NCBI GenBank assembly: GCA_041396585.1
Contig: JAWKYG010000007.1
Span: 39,318 to 103,317, forward strand
Length of the DNA: 64,000 bases
Direction of reading: 5' to 3'
Source of the DNA: Burkholderiaceae bacterium
Lineage (GTDB): Bacteria; Pseudomonadota; Gammaproteobacteria; Burkholderiales; Burkholderiaceae_E
Part shown: piece by piece, positions 18,240 to 28,268 of the stretch
Layout of the letters: each line of letters opens with the position of its first letter
Numbering within the stretch: the stretch's first letter is position 1
Made by a program: the position numbers and the translations under genes
The notes under the pieces: generated by a model
What the model was told of the DNA's origin: nothing
The model's database searches: none
Seen by the model: the letters and a program-made list of their open reading frames with translations, nothing else

Positions 18240-20168
18240 ATGACTTCAAAACCGATCACAGTACGCCATGCCCTGATGGCGCTCGCGGGGATGGCGATCT
18301 GCGCCTGCCTTTTTTCCGGTGTGCCGTACCTGATGTCGATCTCGAGCCAGGCCGCGGCTGCCAAGCGTGCTGACTTGGGCTTTCCCGTGCTTGGCGATCT
18401 AGCCCTGGTGATTCGCAATACGCAGGCCAGCCGCGGCACGGCCGCAGGCTTTCTCTCCGGCGATGGCTCGCAAGGCACTGCCCTGACCCGGCGGCAGGCC
18501 GAAGCGGGCGCCGCCCTGGGCAAGTTCGTGGCCTCGCTGGAGGCCAGCCAGCCGGGCGATCTGCTGGTTTCCAGGGCCAGGAAGTTCCAGGAGCTCTGGC
18601 AGTCGCTGGTCGAGGATGTGCGCGGCGCCCGGGTTGGCGCGAACGAAAGCTTCGAGCGCCATACCGCGCTGATCGAAGACTATCTGTCGATGAGCAACAT
18701 CCTGCGTGACATCTACGGCCTGTCGCGGCTTGGTGACCCTGGCACGTCGGGCCTGCTGCGCGTGGCATCCGAAGAGCTGATCCATCTGATGGAGGTCATG
18801 GGGCAGGCGCGGGGGCTGGGCAATGCGCTGTTGGTTGCTCGCGATGCGAGCCCAGGCGCTCGGCAGCTGCTGGCCTCGATGCTCAAGATCGCGAACAGCC
18901 GTGCCAAAGGCGCACGGACGTTGGCTGAAGAGGTGATGGTGCTGGACCCGGCTTTCCGCGAGCCGCTGGCCGAACCGATTCGTGGGGCGCTCAAGACCGC
19001 CGATGCCGCGATCGCGCAAGGGCTCGAGCGAATCGTTCGATCCGAGGTGCGCGACTATCCGCCCGCGCAGTACTTTGCCGATATGACCAAAGCGATCGAC
19101 TCGATATACACGGTCATGGAAAACGGCCGCGTGGCGATCCGGGCCCGGCTTGATGAACGCCTGTCAGCCGCGAACCGGTTTCTGGCCCTGGGCTGGATTG
19201 GCATGATCACACTGATCGGCGTGATCATCGCGATCTCGTTCTGGCTGTTGCGGGCGATCATTCGTCCGTTGCAGCTTGCGGCAGACACCTGCACGCGGAT
19301 GGCCGGTGGTGATCTACGCGTCGCCATCCAGGTTCCCCCGCGCTGCGCGCGTGAGGTTCGCGAGGTGCTGGTGTCTCTGGGCGCCATGAGTGAGAGCTTC
19401 CACGGTGTCGTGCGTCAGGTGCGTGGCGGTGCCTCGATGGTGGCTGATGGCAGTCGGGAGATCGCCACGGCAGCCAGCGACCTGCTCGGGCGCACGCGAT
19501 CGCAATCCGAATCGGTTGAACAGACGTCGGCCACTGTCGATGAGCTCAATCGCATCGTCGATCAGTTCGCGGAGTATGTGACCGCCGCCAACGGGCGTGC
19601 CGCCGGGGCCACCGAGGTGGCCAACGAGGCGGGTCAGTCGGTGGCCGGCCTCGTGGCCACGATGGACGATATCCGTAGCAGTTCGGACAAGATCAGCGAC
19701 ATCATCTCGGTGATCGATGGCATTGCGTTCCAGACCAATATCCTGGCGCTGAACGCCGCGGTCGAGGCGGCTCGGGCCGGCGAGGCGGGCAGGGGGTTTG
19801 CGGTGGTGGCCAGCGAGGTTCGCAGCCTGGCGCAACGTTCCGCAAGTGCGGCCAAGGAAATCAAAGACCTGATCACCGACAGCGTCGAGAAGGTCGGGCA
19901 TGGCACGACCCAGATGGAAACGGCGCGCAACACGGTCCGATCATTGGTCGACTCGATCACCGAACTGGGGGGCATGGTGCAGCGGATCAGTGTGTCCAGC
20001 GGCGGGCAACGTGAGGGACTCGGGCGGATCAGCCAGGCAGTGCATGCGCTGGAGGACGATATTCATCACAAGACCGCGATTGCCGAGCAGAGCGCCGCCG
20101 CCTCGGACGCACTGCTTGGCGAGGTCGATGCCCTGGTCAGGACCGTGTCGGTCTTCCGGGTGGAGTGA
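18240..20168 (+). CDS. methyl-accepting chemotaxis protein with NIT-like periplasmic sensor and HAMP domain
   Basis: 642-aa ORF. The N-terminal region (LALVIRNTQASRGTAAGFLSGDGS...) resembles nitrate/nitrite-sensing NIT domains. The signalling hairpin reads AFQTNILALNAAVEAARAGEAGRGFAVVASEVRSLAQRSA. Confidence 0.9.
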   Translation: MTSKPITVRHALMALAGMAICACLFSGVPYLMSISSQAAAAKRADLGFPVLGDLALVIRNTQASRGTAAGFLSGDGSQGTALTRRQAEAGAALGKFVASLEASQPGDLLVSRARKFQELWQSLVEDVRGARVGANESFERHTALIEDYLSMSNILRDIYGLSRLGDPGTSGLLRVASEELIHLMEVMGQARGLGNALLVARDASPGARQLLASMLKIANSRAKGARTLAEEVMVLDPAFREPLAEPIRGALKTADAAIAQGLERIVRSEVRDYPPAQYFADMTKAIDSIYTVMENGRVAIRARLDERLSAANRFLALGWIGMITLIGVIIAISFWLLRAIIRPLQLAADTCTRMAGGDLRVAIQVPPRCAREVREVLVSLGAMSESFHGVVRQVRGGASMVADGSREIATAASDLLGRTRSQSESVEQTSATVDELNRIVDQFAEYVTAANGRAAGATEVANEAGQSVAGLVATMDDIRSSSDKISDIISVIDGIAFQTNILALNAAVEAARAGEAGRGFAVVASEVRSLAQRSASAAKEIKDLITDSVEKVGHGTTQMETARNTVRSLVDSITELGGMVQRISVSSGGQREGLGRISQAVHALEDDIHHKTAIAEQSAAASDALLGEVDALVRTVSVFRVE

Positions 20169-20214
20169 GCCGCCGCCCGCCACCTCTGAACAAGCGGGCA
20201 CGGCCCGATCCGGT

Positions 20215-21282
20215 TCACCCCCCAGCGCCGCGTCGGCTGGCCATGGATGCCGCCAGCAAGACCGCATTGCGCGCGGCGCCCGGGTGGGCCAGCCCCTTGC
20301 CGGCGATGTCGTAAGCGGTACCGTGGGCGGGAGTGCAGATGGGTACCGCATAGCCACCGAGCAGCGTGACCCCGCGCTCGAAGCCCAGCAGTTTCATCGC
20401 GATCTGCCCCTGGTCGTGGTACATGGTGAGCACCATGTCGAACTCACCCTTGTGCGCGCGCACGAACACGGTATCGGCGGGAATCGGGCCCTTGGCATCG
20501 ACGCCGTCGGCACGCAGGCGTCTGACCGCAGGCTCGATCACCTCGATTTCCTCGCGCCCGAAGTTGCCGCCATCGCCGGCATGGGGGTTCAGCGCGGCCA
20601 CCGCCAGGCGAGGGCGATCCAGCCCGGCCTCGCGCAGGCTGCGCTGCGCCAGCAGGCCGGCTTCGGCAACCGCGTCGATGCTCAGGCGTGCGGCGACATC
20701 CTTGAGCGCGATGTGTGAGGTGACCCGCGCATTCCACAGCCCTTGCAGAATGTTGAATTCACGGCCATCGCGCGTGGCGCCGAGGGTTTCAGTGACGAGC
20801 GCGATTTCGTCGTCATAGTCGGCGCGGGCCATCCGCATCGCCTGCTTGTTGAAGGGCGTGAACACGACCGCATCCGCCTGTCCGTCTCGGGCCATGGCGA
20901 GGGCAGTGACGAAATTGCGCAATGCGAAGCGGCCACCGGCCAGACTGGCGAGCCCGATCGGGAAGTCCGCCGGGTCGCCATGATGCAGATCGAGCAGCAC
21001 ATGGCCCTTGGCCGGTAAGGCCTCGTGAACGCCCCAGCCGGGAACGGCCGGCGACAGGTCCGCGTGCCGCGCGCCGTGCGCGAGCATGCGTCGATCACCG
21101 ATCACGATCAGGCGTGCGGCGTTGGCAATGGCGGGGTCATCGAGCAGGCGGGCCGTCAGCTCCATCCCGATGCCGGCGGGATCGCCCATGGCAAGTGCGA
21201 TTCTGGGAAGCGGGTGGGAATGTTGCATCGGGTGGTTTCCAGGCGTGGCGATGGTGTCGGGACCAGGGCTCTGCATCGACAC
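20215..21282 (-). CDS. PdxA-family 4-hydroxythreonine-4-phosphate dehydrogenase-like oxidoreductase
   Basis: 355-aa ORF reading IALAMGDPAGIGMEL...LNPHAGDGGNFGREE...MYHDQGQIAMKLLGFERGV...TPAHGTAYDIAGKG. The start may be the internal Met at 21228. Confidence 0.85.
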   Translation of the reverse strand: MSMQSPGPDTIATPGNHPMQHSHPLPRIALAMGDPAGIGMELTARLLDDPAIANAARLIVIGDRRMLAHGARHADLSPAVPGWGVHEALPAKGHVLLDLHHGDPADFPIGLASLAGGRFALRNFVTALAMARDGQADAVVFTPFNKQAMRMARADYDDEIALVTETLGATRDGREFNILQGLWNARVTSHIALKDVAARLSIDAVAEAGLLAQRSLREAGLDRPRLAVAALNPHAGDGGNFGREEIEVIEPAVRRLRADGVDAKGPIPADTVFVRAHKGEFDMVLTMYHDQGQIAMKLLGFERGVTLLGGYAVPICTPAHGTAYDIAGKGLAHPGAARNAVLLAASMASRRGAGG

Positions 21283-21353
21283 AGCGAAAGACTATCGCAC
21301 TCCTGCCGGATTGCCCCGGAGCCTGCAGGCGGGCAGCGGGCCCGGTACGCGGG

Positions 21354-24300
21354 TCAGGTATTGCGCGAAGGGCGCGACACCGGCCGATCACCGCGCAGCC
21401 AGCGCGCCAGATCCGCCTGCCACATCACCAGCGCCGGTGTCAGCAGCATCAGCAGCACAGTGCCCAGCAAGACCCCGACCCCGATCGAGACGGCCAGCGG
21501 AATCAGGAACTGCGCCTGGATGCTGCGCTCGATGATCAACGGAAAGATGCCAAGGAAAGTGGTCACCGCGGTGAGCAGCACCGGCCGGAACCGGCTCTTG
21601 GCCCGCGGCAATGATCGCCTCGCGCGGTGCCAGGCCACTGTCGCGCTGCTCATTGACGGAAATCGATCCAGCACGAGCGATCCGTTGACGATGATTCCGG
21701 ACAGGCCGACGATCCCGAAGAGGCTGGTCAGACCGAAGCTCAGGTCGAGCGCCAGATGGCCGATCGTGGCGCCCACCAGCCCGAAGGGTATCGCGGCCAC
21801 CACGATGAACGGCTGCACATAAGAGCGAAATGCCAGCGCGAGCAATGCGTACATGCCGAATACCGAAAGCAGGAAGTTGGTCGCCAGCGATGGCAACGCC
21901 TTGCCCTGCTCGCGCTGCTCTCCACCCATGGACCAGTTCAGCCCGGGCATGTCCTGGACCAGTCGGGGAAGGAAGTCGCCGGTCAGGCGGGCATTCACCT
22001 GCTGGCCGGTGACCACGCCTGCATCGACCTCGGCGAACACCGAGTTCACCCGCTGACCGTCTTCGCGCACGATCATCGGCGCGCCGTATTCGAGTCGGAC
22101 ATCGGCGACCTGCTGTACCGGCACGAAGCCGCCGGTGGCGGTTCGGATACGAACCTGATTGATATCGGCCAGGGCATCGCGTTCATTCTCGGGCAGGCGG
22201 ACATAGACGCGCACTTCGTCGCGGCCACGCTGTACCCGTACCGCCTCGGCACCAAAGAATGCGGAGCGCACCTGCTGCGAGAGTGAATCAACGCTCAGGC
22301 CCAGCGAACGGCCGTAGGGCGTGAGCCGGAACTGCACCTCGCGTTTGCCGGGCTCGCGATCATTGCGCACATCATAGACACCGGCGATCCGGCTGAGCTC
22401 GGCCTCCAGTGCCTGCACGCCCCGCGCCAGCACCTTGTCGTCGCGGGCCGCCAGGCGGATCTGCACCGGTGAGCCGAGATTGATCACATTCGATGCGAAG
22501 GTCAGCTTGCGCGCCTGGGGCAGGGCGCCGGCCGGTTGCCGCCAGCGCTGTTCGAAGGCCCTTGCCCGGGAACGGTTCCTGAGTTCGGGGTCCATCAGTT
22601 CGACCACCACCGATCCCGTGTGCCCCTGCACCAGCCCGAAGTGCGCCGGCCGCGCCCGGACCGGAGCGTTCCTGGAGTGCCACAAAGCCATAAGCAGCAA
22701 TGAAGTGATCAGTTCGCCGCCGGGGTCGAGCTCTGTCGCGGCCTGTCTGGCCGCCTTCTCCAGATGCTGGGCGGCAGCCAGCGTGACCTCCGCCTGCGTG
22801 CCCTGGGCGAGTTCCAGCGAGGCGGTGACATAGCGGCCCTCCACCTGCGGGAAGAACGAAAAGCGGACATAGCCGGCCGAGATCACGCCGATAGTCAGCA
22901 CGAACACCGTGAACGCGCTTGCGATGACCACACCATAGTGATCGGTGGCAAAGGCCAGCGCGCGCGACAGCGGCCCGTCGATGAATCGTCTGAGCGCGCG
23001 ATCGACCGCACCGCGCATGCGTGCGAACAGGGCCGAGATTCGTCCCCGGGGGCCGCTGCGCGCATAGGCCAGATGGTGCGGCATGATGAACAGTGCCTCG
23101 ATCACGGAAACGACCAGCACGATGATCACGATCGCCGGGATCTGGTAAAGGAACTTGCCAATGTTGCCCGGTACGAACAGCAGCGGCACGAAGGCCACGA
23201 CTGTGGTTGCCACTGCCAACGAGACGGGCACAGAGATTCTCTGTGCGCCGATCACCGCCGAGCCCAGCACATCGCCCGTGCGTTCATATTCGGCATGGAT
23301 GTTTTCGCCCATGACGATCGCATCGTCGACCACGATTCCGATGGCCAGGATGAAACCGAACAGGGACAACATATTGATCGACAGATCGAGCAGCGCCATG
23401 ATCGCGAAGGTCCCGATGAAGGCCACCGCCATCCCGGCCGACACCCAGAATGCCAGCCGCAACTCGAGAAAGATCGCCAGCGCCAGCGTCACCAGCACCA
23501 GCCCGAGCAGCCCGTTCTTGATCAGCAGGTTCATGCGGTTGCGGAACTCGGTGGCGTCATTGCGCCAGACCTTCACCGAGATGCCAGGCGGCAGGTTCGG
23601 TCTGAAGCTCTCATCGATATAGCGCTCGACCGCGCCCACCACATCGAGCACCTTTTCCTCGCCGACCCGGAATACCTGCACGAATGCAGCCGGATGACCA
23701 TCGAAGCGGGCAATCAGGTCATCGTCGCGCAGTGTGTCGCGGATCCTGGCGATATCGCCCAGCCGCACGCTCGCGCCATCGCGCGAACTGACCACGATGA
23801 TCTCGGAGAAGTCGCGCCGATCGGTATTGCGACCCATGGTGCGCAGCAGGATCGACTCGGCGCCGGTCTCGATGTTGCCACCGGGCAGATCGAGGCTGGA
23901 GCGGCGAACCGTCTGGGCAATGTCGCTGAGCGTGAGCCCGTAAGCGCGCAGCGCCGCATTGGGCACCTCGATCGAGATTTCATAGTCGCGCACCTTGGAC
24001 ACCTCGGCCAGCGAGATCCCGGGCAGCCCCGCGATCTCGTCCTTGGCGCGGTAGGCGAGTTCGCGCAGCGTGATGTCGTCCACCGGGCCGAAGATCGCCA
24101 GCTCCATCACCCGCTGTTTGCTGATGATCTCGCGGCTGACCGGGCGTTCGATCTGATCCGGGAAAGTGGTGATGCGATCGACCGCGGACTTGATGTCTTC
24201 CAACGCTCTGGAGCCCGAGACACCGCGTTGCAGTTCCACCCTGACCAGGCCCACGCCCTCGGCAGCGATCCCGTAGACGCGATCGACCCCGTCCACTCCC

Positions 24301-24518
24301 TCGATCTGTTCCTCGATCCGTTGCACGATCGAGGCCTCGACCTCGTCGGGCGAGGCGCCCTGGTAGACGACCCGGGTCTCGATCGCGTCGAAGTTGATCT
24401 CGGGAAATACCTCCTGGCGCAGTCCGAAGGCGCTGACCAGGCCGCCAACGATGATCAGCATCATCAACAGATTGGCGGCTACCGGGTGGGCGGCCATCCA
24501 GCCGATCAGGCGGTTCAT
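21354..24518 (-). CDS. RND-family efflux transporter (AcrB/HAE1-like), ORF open but containing a short out-of-frame stretch
   Basis: 1054-aa ORF with the typical 12-TM RND layout. It begins MNRLIGWMAAHPVAANLLMMLIIVGG... and reads FGFILAIGIVVDDAIVMGENI... and SRFRPVLLTAVTTFLGIFPL. See the finding at 21590-21680. Confidence 0.85.
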   Translation of the reverse strand: MNRLIGWMAAHPVAANLLMMLIIVGGLVSAFGLRQEVFPEINFDAIETRVVYQGASPDEVEASIVQRIEEQIEGVDGVDRVYGIAAEGVGLVRVELQRGVSGSRALEDIKSAVDRITTFPDQIERPVSREIISKQRVMELAIFGPVDDITLRELAYRAKDEIAGLPGISLAEVSKVRDYEISIEVPNAALRAYGLTLSDIAQTVRRSSLDLPGGNIETGAESILLRTMGRNTDRRDFSEIIVVSSRDGASVRLGDIARIRDTLRDDDLIARFDGHPAAFVQVFRVGEEKVLDVVGAVERYIDESFRPNLPPGISVKVWRNDATEFRNRMNLLIKNGLLGLVLVTLALAIFLELRLAFWVSAGMAVAFIGTFAIMALLDLSINMLSLFGFILAIGIVVDDAIVMGENIHAEYERTGDVLGSAVIGAQRISVPVSLAVATTVVAFVPLLFVPGNIGKFLYQIPAIVIIVLVVSVIEALFIMPHHLAYARSGPRGRISALFARMRGAVDRALRRFIDGPLSRALAFATDHYGVVIASAFTVFVLTIGVISAGYVRFSFFPQVEGRYVTASLELAQGTQAEVTLAAAQHLEKAARQAATELDPGGELITSLLLMALWHSRNAPVRARPAHFGLVQGHTGSVVVELMDPELRNRSRARAFEQRWRQPAGALPQARKLTFASNVINLGSPVQIRLAARDDKVLARGVQALEAELSRIAGVYDVRNDREPGKREVQFRLTPYGRSLGLSVDSLSQQVRSAFFGAEAVRVQRGRDEVRVYVRLPENERDALADINQVRIRTATGGFVPVQQVADVRLEYGAPMIVREDGQRVNSVFAEVDAGVVTGQQVNARLTGDFLPRLVQDMPGLNWSMGGEQREQGKALPSLATNFLLSVFGMYALLALAFRSYVQPFIVVAAIPFGLVGATIGHLALDLSFGLTSLFGIVGLSGIIVNGSLVLDRFPSMSSATVAWHRARRSLPRAKSRFRPVLLTAVTTFLGIFPLIIERSIQAQFLIPLAVSIGVGVLLGTVLLMLLTPALVMWQADLARWLRGDRPVSRPSRNT

Positions 24519-25777
24519 GTCTGACCGGCCGCTCGCCGGTCGGCTGCCGGGGACGCGCTGCTGCGTACACGCATGCCCTCGGTCACCGCACGCAGATCGC
24601 TGGTGACGATGCGCTGGCCCGCGGCAAACGGCGCGGCGCCGACGGCCACCTGGTCATTGAACTCGCCGAGCACCTGCACCGGCACGATCTGCAGCATGTC
24701 CTGATCATCGAGGCGCCAGACCCGTGCACCATCGTGGACTGCCGCGGCCGGCAATAGCAGGTAGGGCCCCTGATCCCGCCCGGCGATCTGCACATCGGCA
24801 TACATCCCCAGCAGCAGGGGCGGGCCGGCCGGGGCGTCCGGATCGACGGGCCGGCCGGGGCGGCGGAGGGCCATCGACCGCAACCGCTACATTGAAGGTG
24901 CGCGAGCTGGCGTCGATCGCCGCCTCCACGCGGGCCAGGCTGGCCGGCCACTGATAGACCCGGCCACCGTGCGACCTCGACCCGCGCGCTCGCCTTCGGC
25001 CCGTCCTGCGCGAACGGGCTCTCGATCATGGCGATGTCGGTGTCACTGAGTGAGACCGTGACCTCGAGCGCGGCATCATCGAAGATGCGCGCCAGTTCCC
25101 GCCGGGTTGCACGGTATCGCCGGCATTGATCTGCGCCGACAGCACGCGCCCGTCGAACGGGGCCAGGATGCGTGTGCGCTCGAGATCGATCGCGCGCTGG
25201 CGCAGCGCGGCGCGGGCGCGTCGAGCGAGGCCGCGGCCTGATCGCGGCTGGCGACCCGCTCATCGAGCGTCTGGCGCGAGAGGAATCCCTGGGCGATCAG
25301 TTCCCGGGTTCGCTGGATGGATTGTTCGGCAAGCTTGAGCGATGTCTCGGCGGCGCGAAAGTCGGCGCGCGTCTGGGCCAGCGCCGCCCGCACCGGGTCG
25401 GCGTCGAGCTCCACCAGGAGCTCGCCCCTGCGAAAGCGGCCGCCGGCAACCATCTGGGGATGCACGGCCGCGATCCGCCCGGCGATCTCGGCGGCCACGG
25501 TCACCTGGGTGCGTGGTGAAACGAGCCCCTGGCCACGTACGGGCAGCGGATCGGTGAGGATGTTTGCGGCGACGGTTTGCACCACCGGCAGCTGGCGCAC
25601 CAGGGGTTTCACCACGGGCCGGGGTTTGAAAACCTGCAGCGCAACGAAGCCGCCGACACCGGCCAGCAAGATCAATACGACCAGCAGGCGCCACAGCCAG
25701 CGACTTGAGCCGCCCGTCTTGACGGCGGCAGAGGGAGAGGAACCGGGCACGCAGCGAGAGCCGTTAGCGAAGAGCAA
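24515..25777 (-). pseudogene. RND periplasmic adaptor (HlyD/MFP family), at least 4 frameshifts
   Basis: Pieces lie in all three frames. They are the membrane anchor plus VRGQGLVSPRTQVTVAAEIAGRIAAVHPQMVAGGRFRRGELLVELD (25076..25777), LERTRILAPFDGRVLSAQINAGDTVQPG, RIFDDAALEVTVSLSDTDIAMI (24583..25263), and GMYADVQIAGRDQGPYLLLPAAAVHDGARVWRL...VTEGMRV (24515..24883). The stop overlaps the RND start. Confidence 0.75.
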
Positions 25778-25886
25778 TCATTCTATGTGTCGTGGCCTGC
25801 ACTCACACCTGTCTTTGACGCCGATCGGCAACGCCATCAGGGGGCGGTGCTCATGGCCGGGTGGCCCCGGCCGGCGAGCTCCCGGC

Positions 25887-27146
25887 TCAGTCGAGTCGTT
25901 CGGGTAGCGTGAAGTAGGCGCTCGAGCGAGCCGGATTCTCGCGCGCCTTGCCCAGTTCATGGCGCGCGATGCCACGCAGATGGACCTCGTCCGGGCCATC
26001 GGCGAAGCGCAGCGCGCGACCCCAGCTCCAGAGATCGGCCAGGGGCGTGTCCGGCGTGAGGCCCATGGCACCGAACAGCTGGATCGCGCGGTCGATCACG
26101 CGGGTCTGCAAGCGGGCGGCCACCACCTTGATCGCCGAAACCAATGTGCGCGCACCCTTGTTGCCGAATTGGTCCAGTGCCCAGGCGGCCTGCAGGACAA
26201 GCAGCCGCGCCTGATCGATTTCAATCCGTGATTCGGCGATCCAATCCTGCACATTGGCATAGTCGGCCAGATAGCGACCAAAGGTGCGACGCTCGAGGGC
26301 GCGATCGCACATCAGCTCGAGTGCCACCTCACACTGGCCGATCGTGCGCATGCAGTGGTGTATCCGCCCCGGGCCCAGCCGCGCCTGTGCCATGGCGAAT
26401 CCCTGGCCCTCCTGGCCGAGCAGATTGCTTGCGGGTACCCGCACATCCTGGAACCTGAGCTCGCAATGCCCCTCGGGTGCGAGATGATTCATGACCGGAA
26501 TGTTGCGCACCATGGTCAGCCCGGGCGCATCCATGGGAATCAGGACCATGCTGTGGCGCGCATGGCGGGGCGCGTTCTCATCGTCGTCGGACACGCCGAG
26601 CAGGATCACGATCCGGCAGTCCGGGTGGGCGGCATTGGTGATGAACCACTTGCGGCCGTTGATCACATACTCGTCGCCCTCGCGCCGGATCGTTGTCTGG
26701 ATGTTGGTGGCATCCGATGACGCCACGTCGGGTTCGGTCATGGCAAAGGCCGAGCGGATCTCGCCCTCGAGCAAAGGCCGCAGCCAGCGGGCGTACTGTT
26801 CAGGGGTGGCGAACAGATGCAGCAACTCCATGTTGCCGGTGTCCGGCGCATTGCAGTTGAACACCTCCGAGGCCCATTGCACACGGCCCATGATCTCGGC
26901 CAGCGGCGCGTACTCGATGTTCGTGAGGCGGGTGCCGGGTTCATCGTCGCGCAGCCCGGGCAGGAAGAGATTCCACAGACCCTCGGATTTCGCGTAGGCC
27001 TTCAGATCCCTCATGAATGGCGGCGGGAACACCCCCTTGGCCACATCGCGGTGCCATTGAGGATTCACCGGCAAGACATGGTCATCCATGAAATCCGTGA
27101 GTCGACGTTGCAACTCGCGAACCTTCTCGGGATGGGCGAAATCCAT
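25887..27146 (-). CDS. acyl-CoA dehydrogenase family protein (ACAD10/11-like)
   Basis: Internal Met of ORF 25887..27224 begins MDFAHPEKVRELQRRLTDFMDDHVLP...AFAMTEPDVASSDATNI...GRIHHCMRTIGQCE...DGPDEVH. Confidence 0.85.
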   Translation of the reverse strand: MDFAHPEKVRELQRRLTDFMDDHVLPVNPQWHRDVAKGVFPPPFMRDLKAYAKSEGLWNLFLPGLRDDEPGTRLTNIEYAPLAEIMGRVQWASEVFNCNAPDTGNMELLHLFATPEQYARWLRPLLEGEIRSAFAMTEPDVASSDATNIQTTIRREGDEYVINGRKWFITNAAHPDCRIVILLGVSDDDENAPRHARHSMVLIPMDAPGLTMVRNIPVMNHLAPEGHCELRFQDVRVPASNLLGQEGQGFAMAQARLGPGRIHHCMRTIGQCEVALELMCDRALERRTFGRYLADYANVQDWIAESRIEIDQARLLVLQAAWALDQFGNKGARTLVSAIKVVAARLQTRVIDRAIQLFGAMGLTPDTPLADLWSWGRALRFADGPDEVHLRGIARHELGKARENPARSSAYFTLPERLD

Positions 27147-27302
27147 GGTGTTCCCCGCATGCGGACGTGCCGGGCCTGCCGGCAGTGGGCTTGCCGGGCG
27201 CTCGAGCCCGGTGATGCGCACCATGTTCGGGCAAGACCGGCCGCCAGACTTTGACGCCGCTCAATGTTGCCGCGCACATCGCAGGGCGGCGAGGGGGCAG
27301 CC

Positions 27303-28016
27303 TCAGATGGCTTTCGCGGTCGACGAGGAGTTCGCTGCCCCGCCATGCGCCATTGCGCTCTCACTGACCCGGCTGACGATTGCCGGCGCCTCGCGCACCA
27401 GCGAGTCGTCTTCGAGGGCGGCGACCATGAACAACGCGAAGTCGATGCGCCGCGTTCGATTACTGGCCAGAACGGGGTCACCGACGTGCCGGCTCCAGAC
27501 GGGCAGGCCCTCGCTCGGTCCTTCCTCGAGATCGCTGCCGCGAACCACTGTCCAGCGCGTCTCGCTGGCGAACACGCGGGCTAGCGCCCTGACCTGATCA
27601 TCGATATCGGCAAAGCGAAACAGGCGGGCGAAAAACGCAAAAACCGGCAACATGATCCGCATGCCAAGCGGATAGACGTCTTTCCCGTCGCGGGAGATGT
27701 GCCAACCGCAGGAAAACACCAGCCGCGCACCCGGCTCGGCGTGAGCCAGCACGGCCTCCGCCGTGCCGGTTGCATAGCGCTGCACACCCCAGGGCACGAG
27801 TACTGTCAGCACGCCGTTGCATCCTTGAACCGCGCGGCGGATCACGTCGGGGTCATTGGTGGGGCCCGGCACGATCTCGATCTGCTCCTGGAACTCATCG
27901 AGCTTGGCAACGCTTTGCGCGCGACAGACTCCCACCACCTGGTGGCCACGTTCGAGCGCATGGCGAATCATGTACTGACCCAGCTTGCCAGAGGCGCCGA
28001 CGATACAGATCTTCAT
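27303..28016 (-). CDS. NAD(P)H-binding NmrA/SDR-like protein
   Basis: Internal Met of ORF 27303..28283 begins MKICIVGASGKLGQYMIRHALERGHQVVGVCR, a Rossmann GxxGxxG motif. Confidence 0.75.
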   Translation of the reverse strand: MKICIVGASGKLGQYMIRHALERGHQVVGVCRAQSVAKLDEFQEQIEIVPGPTNDPDVIRRAVQGCNGVLTVLVPWGVQRYATGTAEAVLAHAEPGARLVFSCGWHISRDGKDVYPLGMRIMLPVFAFFARLFRFADIDDQVRALARVFASETRWTVVRGSDLEEGPSEGLPVWSRHVGDPVLASNRTRRIDFALFMVAALEDDSLVREAPAIVSRVSESAMAHGGAANSSSTAKAI

Positions 28017-28268
28017 GCGCGATGTCCGATCCGGTGAACAGGCGATGGTGCCCTGCACGAGCGAGGTAGGCGCCAATAACCCGACCTTCGACCATGAATT
28101 GTCGCTGACCCGAAGAAGCGCGCATCCGCCTGCTGTCGCGGCTTGCACGCGTGCTGTGGCAGACCTTGACCGGCCGCAATGTACGCTGCGGCGTGCGCGC
28201 ACTAGGATAGGGCGCAACGGCAGTTGCGGACGGCATCGGCCGCCCGAACTTTTCGGAGGAGGCATGTC

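Noticed and set aside
17624-18523. 299-aa minus-strand ORF and 17673..17915 plus-strand ORF in the dehydrogenase-MCP intergenic region
   Set aside because: Both run through the 11-bp tandem repeat, giving repetitive GIAPGSHRDRT-type peptides. Both are Arg/Pro/Ala-rich with no start context. I treat the region as non-coding.
22764-24524. 586-aa ORF on the plus strand
   Set aside because: It is antisense to the RND transporter. It has a low-complexity Asp/His/Arg/Gln composition and no motifs. The same reasoning rejects ORFs 21025..21822 and 20922..21614.
28135-28170. Sigma-54-like TGGCAG...TTGA upstream of the DksA-like/HPF-fusion genes
   Set aside because: The spacing between the GG and the downstream element is 2 nt too short. 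The -12 element also reads GA rather than GC, so it does not fit TGGCAC-N5-TTGC.
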